Origin: Chlamydiota bacterium
GTDB taxonomy: Bacteria; Auribacterota; Tritonobacteria; UBA1439
Assembly (NCBI GenBank): GCA_037133055.1
Contig: JBAXOY010000042.1
Location: 1 to 24,357 of the forward strand
DNA: 24,357 bases
Reading direction: 5' to 3'
Positions 17,423 to 24,357 of the stretch are shown piece by piece. Under the pieces are notes generated by a model. It was given only the letters and a program-made list of their open reading frames with translations, had not been told where the DNA came from and did no database searches. The translations under genes were made by a program, and so were the position numbers. Numbering within the stretch: the first letter of the stretch is position 1; each line of letters opens with the position of its first letter.

Positions 17423-17718
17423 TGAAGGTGCGGGATAGCATCATCGGGCTCGGAGCGGCGCTGCTCCTCGCGCTGGCCCTCTCGCCGTTCGCCTCGCCGT
17501 GGCCCGACGGGCTTGAGAAGGTCGCGGAGCGGAAGGGGTTCCTCGCGAAGGGAGAGGGGAAGCCCGCGCTCAGAGCGCCGGTCCCCGATTACGCGTGGCC
17601 GGGCGTAAAGAACGAGGGGCACGCGACGCGGATCGCGGGAGCGGTCGGGACGCTGGTAACCTTCGGCGTCGCGTGGGGCGCCGCGGCGCTCATGCGAAAA
17701 AGCGGGGTCAGACCTTAA
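17422..17718 (+). CDS. PDGLE-domain protein (NikN-like)
   Basis: SPFASPWPDGLEKVAE, AP.PDY, two TM helices. Coupled to the cbiM stop; GTG 17419 is an alternative start. Confidence 0.9.
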   Translation: MKVRDSIIGLGAALLLALALSPFASPWPDGLEKVAERKGFLAKGEGKPALRAPVPDYAWPGVKNEGHATRIAGAVGTLVTFGVAWGAAALMRKSGVRP

Positions 17719-17793
17719 CTATACACTGGGATAGAACTTGAGACAGGCCCGGGTGCGGGTGATGAGCCAGTGTATAGTTAAGGTCTGACCCCG
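17703..17793. repeat. Perfect 27-bp inverted repeat (REP/REPIN-like, GGGGTCA-type end)
   Basis: CGGGGTCAGACCTTAACTATACACTGG (17703-17729) and its exact reverse complement (17767-17793). Contains the stop codons of both convergent genes. Confidence 0.9.
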
Positions 17794-18635
17794 GAGGCTA
17801 CGCGGAGCGCCGCCCGGAGCGACTTGAGGTTCTCCACCATGATCGCGAGGTAGGCGCCGGGGCGGTCGGGGCCGCCCGCGACCGGGTCTATGACGCAGAC
17901 GGGCCTGCGCGTCTCGCGCGCGATCAGGCGCGCCGCCTCGGCTGGGACGCGGGGGCTCACGAGCACCACCTGCGCGTCCGTCTCCTTCACCACGGCGACC
18001 GCCTCCTCCGGCGAGGCCGCCGTGACCGCATCGAGCCCCGCCTCGCGCGCGAAGCGAGTCGACGCCCCGTCGAGCGCCGCGGCCTTCACTCCCCGGTACG
18101 GGTCGAAGGAGCCCTTCATCCTGTCCCGGAGCGCCTCCAGACGGGCCACGCACCGCTCGGCGTTCAACGCGTACCGCTCCCGGCGCGCGGGGTCGATCTT
18201 TCGAAGCGCCCTGCCCAGATTCCCCACTTCCATGATCGTGTCGGAGACGCTCATCCAGATCCACGGCAGGCGCGCATCCTCCTCGCCGGGGCGGGCGATC
18301 CCCTCGGCGGTTTCGACGATCGGGAGTTTCGGGTAGCGGATTGCGGTCTCGTCGAGGGAAAGCTCTATGCCGGCGCCGTGCGCGACGAGCACGTCCGCCC
18401 GGTCGAGCGCGGCGCATGCCCCGGGCGAGGCCATATCGCTGCGCTCCTCGGAGGCGGCGGGCCTGAGGCACGACACCTCGACGCCCGGGATGTTCCAGGC
18501 GACATTCAGCGCCATGAGATAGACGGGATACGAGGCGGTCACGATCCGAAACGGTTTTTCGGTCACGGGCTCCGCGTGGAGGAGGGAGCCCCCGAGGGCG
18601 ATGGTCAGCAGCGCGAGGAGAGGACGCGTCTTCAT
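17778..18635 (-). CDS. ZnuA/TroA-like (cluster A-I) solute-binding protein with degenerate metal site
   Basis: Signal peptide, IVTASYPVY, AD.LV..GAG.E, L..IDP....Y..NA, IDP...Y..IM.ENL. The canonical His motifs are replaced. Confidence 0.78.
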   Translation of the reverse strand: MKTRPLLALLTIALGGSLLHAEPVTEKPFRIVTASYPVYLMALNVAWNIPGVEVSCLRPAASEERSDMASPGACAALDRADVLVAHGAGIELSLDETAIRYPKLPIVETAEGIARPGEEDARLPWIWMSVSDTIMEVGNLGRALRKIDPARRERYALNAERCVARLEALRDRMKGSFDPYRGVKAAALDGASTRFAREAGLDAVTAASPEEAVAVVKETDAQVVLVSPRVPAEAARLIARETRRPVCVIDPVAGGPDRPGAYLAIMVENLKSLRAALRVASGVRP

Positions 18636-18820
18636 GGATGACGGTTTCCTTTCGTCGGGGAATGCGGGAATGTCCGCGCCCCGCGACGGCTTCTTTATAC
18701 CACGTCCGAAACCGGGCGCAACAGAATTCCACGGCGGGGGTGCCGCGTTCCCGTGGTTCTTCCGCCCCCTTCCTCCGCGCGCTCCGTGTTCTCCGTGGTG
18801 AAGGCTGTTCTTTAAAGTTA

Positions 18821-18848
18821 TTGCGTGCGCCCGCCCGCATGGTACAAT
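18821..18848 (+). promoter_or_regulatory. Predicted sigma70 promoter for the riboswitch leader
   Basis: TTGCGT-16-TACAAT with extended TG, immediately upstream of the aptamer. Confidence 0.55.
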
Positions 18849-18865
18849 GCCCGACGGATCTTTGA

Positions 18866-19035
18866 AGCAGGTGAGGGAAAACGGTGAGAAGCCGCTGCTG
18901 CCCCCGCAACTGTAAGTGGTGAAGCTGGGAAGCGCCGGTCACTGGCGCGGTGGATCGAAGAGCGCGTGAACGCTCGACGGTTGCCGCACCGGGAAGGCAG
19001 GCGCGTCTGACGGTGCCACGAGCCAGGAGACCTCA
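18866..19035 (+). ncRNA. Cobalamin riboswitch
   Basis: AGGGAA..CGGTGAGAAGCCG, GCCCCCGCAACTGTAA (18900-18915), CACTGG...CCGGGAAGG, B12 box GAGCCAGGAGACCT (19020-19033). Confidence 0.93.
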
Positions 19036-19080
19036 GGGGATGACTTCTTCGGGGTGGGAGAAGGCCTTGGGTGTGCCACG

Positions 19081-19114
19081 GCCGGTTCTTCTTTCCAGAA
19101 GAGTCGGTTTTTTT
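19081..19114 (+). terminator. Intrinsic terminator, riboswitch expression platform
   Basis: Stem GCCGGTTCTTCT-TTCC-AGAAGAGTCGGT (with G-U pairs) followed by a T run, between the aptamer and the start codon. Confidence 0.8.
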
Positions 19115-19145
19115 GTGCCGCGGGGAGCACAAAGAGGAGAAAGAG

Positions 19146-20492
19146 ATGAGATTCTTCACTTGCATCACGGCGGCGCTGGCGTGCGCATGCACCGTGGGGG
19201 CGGCCGCGGTCACGGTGTCGGAGGGATTCACGGCGTCGGCGCTCGGCCAGAACTTCATGGGGGGGTTCGACTATCTTCCCAACGGGGACCTGATCGGGAT
19301 GTACGCGGATCCACTGTTTGCCGGGAACTCGTGGATCGGGATCGTCGACGCGAACGGAGACGGCCTCCCGGCGGCCGTGGAGAAGGTGTACGATTTCGGC
19401 CTGCCGGAATGGGCGGGCTTCGTGAAGGTAAGCCCGGATGGCGCGACCGTGGTCTTCTGTGAGAGCTCGAACTACAGGCTCTTCGCCATGGATCTCGATG
19501 ATTATTCTGCGCGGGAGATCGTACCACGGGGAGGGACGTTCGACGGGGCGTTCGACCTTGCGTTTATCGACGACTCCTCGTGCTACGTGAGCGCCAATCC
19601 GGCGTGGGGTATGACGAACGATATCCTGTTTCTCGAGATCGCCTCGGGGCAGCTGAAGAAAGTCGCATCGGTATCTTCGACCTACTCGGGCCCGCTCGCC
19701 GCAGACGATGAGGGGAGCCTCTACTGCGTCGCGGGGAAGGCGCACTACCCGGTGCAGGCGGGAGATTTCACGCTGCTCAAATTCGATGCGGCGAAACTCG
19801 CCGAGGCGATGGAAGGCGGCACGGTCCTGGGGCGGTCGGATGCGGAGGTCGTCAAGGACGGCCTCGATGGCGGCTACGGCCTGGCGTGGCACGGCTCGGG
19901 CGACCTGTTCGTCTCAGACGCGAACCACGGGAAGATCGTCAGGGTCTCGCCGGGCGGAGCGTCGGCGGAATTCGTCTCGCTCCCCGGCGGGGACGGCGAG
20001 GGGTTCAGGGTGATTTCGATCTTCGACGGCCCGGAGCCGTTCTCCGCGGGGGTGAGGAGCGACTGCCGGCTCGCGACGGACTACCTGCCGCTCCCGGGGG
20101 CGGCGACACCCGACATCTACCGCATCTCTTCTCTCCCGCCCCTTGTGAACGCCGTGGTGAGCGCAAAAACTCTCTCTGCGGGTTCGCGCCTCGCCCTCAC
20201 GGTGACGGCGCAGCCGGAGACGGCGCGCTTCGACGCGTACATCGTGTTTTCCGGCCCCGGCGGCATCGCCTACTCGGTGACGGAGAAAGGGCTCCCCGCG
20301 GGCGTGAAGCCATATGCGTCCGCCGTGCCGGAACTCGCGAAGGAGTTCAAGGCGCGGGTTCTCGACATGGTGGTCCCCCCCGCCGCCGAAACGGGAGCGT
20401 GGACCGTCTACGCGGGGCTCATGCCGGCGGGCACGCCGCCGTCGCCCGCGGCGGCCCTTGCCCTCGACACGACAGGGCTCACGGTGCGCTGA
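19146..20492 (+). CDS. Uncharacterised exported protein, probable beta-propeller plus C-terminal Ig-like domain
   Basis: AGAGGAG RBS, signal peptide MRFFTCITAALACACTVGAAA, blade-like repeats (FDYLPNGDL, VSPDG..V, LAADDEGSLY, LAWHGSGDLFVSD). Confidence 0.75.
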   Translation: MRFFTCITAALACACTVGAAAVTVSEGFTASALGQNFMGGFDYLPNGDLIGMYADPLFAGNSWIGIVDANGDGLPAAVEKVYDFGLPEWAGFVKVSPDGATVVFCESSNYRLFAMDLDDYSAREIVPRGGTFDGAFDLAFIDDSSCYVSANPAWGMTNDILFLEIASGQLKKVASVSSTYSGPLAADDEGSLYCVAGKAHYPVQAGDFTLLKFDAAKLAEAMEGGTVLGRSDAEVVKDGLDGGYGLAWHGSGDLFVSDANHGKIVRVSPGGASAEFVSLPGGDGEGFRVISIFDGPEPFSAGVRSDCRLATDYLPLPGAATPDIYRISSLPPLVNAVVSAKTLSAGSRLALTVTAQPETARFDAYIVFSGPGGIAYSVTEKGLPAGVKPYASAVPELAKEFKARVLDMVVPPAAETGAWTVYAGLMPAGTPPSPAAALALDTTGLTVR

Positions 20493-20501
20493 AGGCGCTG
20501 C

Positions 20502-20963
20502 TCAGCCGGGGCGCTCCCAGAGGTCGAGGTACCGCCGCTTTTCCGCCTCGTTCTCGGATGACGGCTTGACCTCGGGAGCGGGGGAGGGGGAGCGCGTCCT
20601 CGCCTGGAGCCCGGGGCAGAGCCCCGCGAATTCGCTCGAGCGGATCAGTCTCGCCCCCAGGGACCGCGCGCTGTCTCCGACCGGGCGGTCGTCGGTGACG
20701 ACGGTGATGGACCGCGGGCGCGGGGATTCCCTGACGAGCCTGATGATATGCTCGTCGGCAGAGGGTGCGTAGCGGACCTTGAGGTTGGGCAGGATCTGCT
20801 GCATGTCCCCGCCCGCGCTGCTGTCCCAGACGAGCGTGATGAGGATCTGCTTCCGGCCGTAGTGAGCCGCCAGCGCCCGCGTCAGCGCCTCCCGCTCCCC
20901 GTCTCCCGCCCCGCCGAACGCCTTGTAGGCGAGGTTGCACCCGTCGATGACGATCTCTTCCAC
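20502..20963 (-). CDS. NYN/PIN-domain RNase (YacP/Rae1-like)
   Basis: IVIDGCNL, LVWD, SADEHI, VVTDDR, GA..I.S.EF. GTG start after GGAGG. Confidence 0.85.
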   Translation of the reverse strand: MEEIVIDGCNLAYKAFGGAGDGEREALTRALAAHYGRKQILITLVWDSSAGGDMQQILPNLKVRYAPSADEHIIRLVRESPRPRSITVVTDDRPVGDSARSLGARLIRSSEFAGLCPGLQARTRSPSPAPEVKPSSENEAEKRRYLDLWERPG

Positions 20964-21039
20964 CGCGGTCCTCCCGTTCCGGGATCAGTATACCAAATGA
21001 GTTGTAGGGCAGACTGAAGTAAGCCCGGTGGGTTGGCCC

Positions 21040-21068
21040 TTGCCCGGCGCGTCGGGAACGGGTATACT
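21040..21068 (+). promoter_or_regulatory. Predicted sigma70 promoter of eno
   Basis: TTGCCC-17-TATACT. Confidence 0.55.
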
Positions 21069-21150
21069 TGCGAATCCGGTGTGACGGCATCGGCCCACCA
21101 TCAGGTCAATCTGAGATCTCAAATCTGAGATCAACGGAAAGGAATTATAA

Positions 21151-22715
<1,565 letters not shown>

Positions 22716-22737
22716 GCCCGCACCCCCATTGACGCCT

Positions 22738-24357
22738 ATGAACACGCCGGCAGGCCATCTGCCCATCGACGAGAAGCTGTACGGCAGCCTGATGGACTTC
22801 GTTCACCGCACCGTGTCCCTCCGGAGGGCGTGGGTCCTCTACGGGCGCGGCAACGCCATGCTTGCCGAGAACCTCAACAACTGGCGCGCCGCCGCCGACC
22901 TCCTCTTCAAGACCCGCGAGTACCTCGAGATCACCACTGCGGGGAACAAGCTCTTCATCGGCGACACGCTCCTCGGCGGGGAATCCCCCTTCGCGCGCGA
23001 GCTCGTCGAGACCCTCCGGCGCCTCATTATCCGCAGGCTCACGCTCCTCAAGGGGATCGAGGGCGAGGAGCTCTACCAGCTCATGGACATGCTCTCACAG
23101 GAGAGCAGGGCCCTCCTCGTGAAGGGAGGCCCCGTCGCCGTCCTCCGCGACGCGGGCGTCAAGAAGATCCGCGTCATCGAGAACGTGTACCTGAAGCGCG
23201 TGGGCCAGACGGGCGAGATCGTCCTCGACGAGGGGAAGCTCACCATGGACGACCTGAACTTCATCAGGGGGCAGCTGAAAAACATGCTCTCCCTCGCCCG
23301 CGAGGGGTTCGAGCTGCGGGCCGAGGAACGGGGGCTGCTCGCCGAGGTCGCCGAGCATCCGACGTTCATGGGCGAGCTCCTCCGCGAGATGACCGGGGGG
23401 GAGCCCGGGGCACCGCCGCCGCAGCTCAAGGTGCAGGGGGAGCAGATCTCCGAGATGCTCGGCGCCTTCCTCACGGAGCTCCGGAAGGGGGGGAAGTGCG
23501 ATGATGCGTTCCTCAGGGAAAAACTCTCGGACGCGCTGACGGCGCTCGACGAGCCGACCCGGCTCGAGACGCTCGCCGCGGAGTTCGAGACGGCGGGGCA
23601 GGTCGCGCCGATGATCGACGACGAGGTGTTCAGGTGCTCCATCGAGCAGGTCGGCCGGTTCATCATCACGATGTTCCAGCGCGATCCGAACGAGGGAAAG
23701 CGCGCGTCCTCGCTCCTGAGACGCCTCATTCCCGACGGGGACGCGTACCGGGAGGTGGTCGCGCGCGTGAAGACGGACTGCGCGGAGCGGGGCATCGACG
23801 CCGGCAGGGTGGAGGCGATGCTCAGGGAGTCGCTCGGGCCCATGGCGCGGGCCGCGCTCCCCGCGGAGGAAGGCGGCAGCGCCGACGGGATCGCCGCGCG
23901 CCTCGCCTCCCTCGCCGCGGTCACGACCGCCGGGCTGACGTCGTCCCTTTCCGCGGGAGACGAGGACAGGCGGGAGGTCAGGGTGCTCGCCGATCTCCTC
24001 CGCGGGAGCGCCGCCACCCCGGCACTTGCCGCCCGGGCGTCGCTGCGGATCAGGGAGCTCGTGAAGAAGGAGCGCGGGGACGATGCCTGCGCGCTCTTCC
24101 GCGGCCTGCTCTCCCTCCTGCAATCGGGCACCGGGGCGCTCGCGCGCGCCGCCCGCGATGAGATGCGGGGGCTCTGCGCGGACGGCGTGGTGCGGGCGCT
24201 GCTGCTCGCGGGCATCGGCTCGGTGAAGCTTGGTGAACTGCCGGTGCTGGGGAGGATGGCGGCGATCTGGTCCGCGCTGGCCGTCGGCACCGGGGTCTTC
24301 TTGCTGATCTCGTGCAGCTTTCGCCAGCCACATGCCGCGATGACCAGCGTGCTGATG
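22738..24357 (+). CDS. Large alpha-helical protein, 3'-truncated by the window edge (possibly HEAT-repeat family)
   Basis: 540 codons with no stop from ATG 22738 (MNTPAGHLPIDEKLYG...), strongly GC3-biased, absent from the ORF track. The N-terminal pattern LY...LFIG...LTLLKGI..EEL...GG...L...GV..IRV resembles N-termini I recall from HEAT/HD-GYP proteins (unverified). Confidence 0.8.
   Translation, partial: MNTPAGHLPIDEKLYGSLMDFVHRTVSLRRAWVLYGRGNAMLAENLNNWRAAADLLFKTREYLEITTAGNKLFIGDTLLGGESPFARELVETLRRLIIRRLTLLKGIEGEELYQLMDMLSQESRALLVKGGPVAVLRDAGVKKIRVIENVYLKRVGQTGEIVLDEGKLTMDDLNFIRGQLKNMLSLAREGFELRAEERGLLAEVAEHPTFMGELLREMTGGEPGAPPPQLKVQGEQISEMLGAFLTELRKGGKCDDAFLREKLSDALTALDEPTRLETLAAEFETAGQVAPMIDDEVFRCSIEQVGRFIITMFQRDPNEGKRASSLLRRLIPDGDAYREVVARVKTDCAERGIDAGRVEAMLRESLGPMARAALPAEEGGSADGIAARLASLAAVTTAGLTSSLSAGDEDRREVRVLADLLRGSAATPALAARASLRIRELVKKERGDDACALFRGLLSLLQSGTGALARAARDEMRGLCADGVVRALLLAGIGSVKLGELPVLGRMAAIWSALAVGTGVFLLISCSFRQPHAAMTSVLM

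Noticed and set aside
18636..18820. Third NikR-type box upstream of the solute-binding protein
   Set aside because: No GTGTTAC-N13 dyad was found by eye on either strand.

Overview
Bacterial chromosomal window from a high-GC, probably diderm organism (it encodes a predicted outer-membrane beta-barrel). It has two parts. (1) About 1-4500 is visibly lower in GC and looks like a decayed integration hotspot. It holds a tRNA-fMet 3' fragment (att-like), tRNA-Ser(TGA), a ThDP-dependent 2-keto-acid decarboxylase, a 200-bp MITE-like insertion (13-bp TIRs, 8-bp TSD) carrying an internally deleted four-helix-bundle gene inside an HTH ORF, and a frameshifted nucleotidyltransferase with a small partner gene. 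(2) About 4600-24357 is high-GC: M28 peptidase, class II UvrA, YgeY-like M20 hydrolase, menA and a NUDIX protein, then a metal/cofactor uptake neighbourhood, then an NYN RNase, eno, ftsB and a long open-ended ORF. In the uptake neighbourhood an ECF NikMNQO-type transporter is split into two operons. Each operon has a GTGTTAC-N13-GT(AA/GC)CAC box over its -10 element, and one is led by an uncharacterised beta-barrel. Next to them are a solute-binding protein lacking its metal-binding His residues and a cobalamin riboswitch controlling an uncharacterised exported protein. All family assignments come from motif recognition by eye; no database searches were run.
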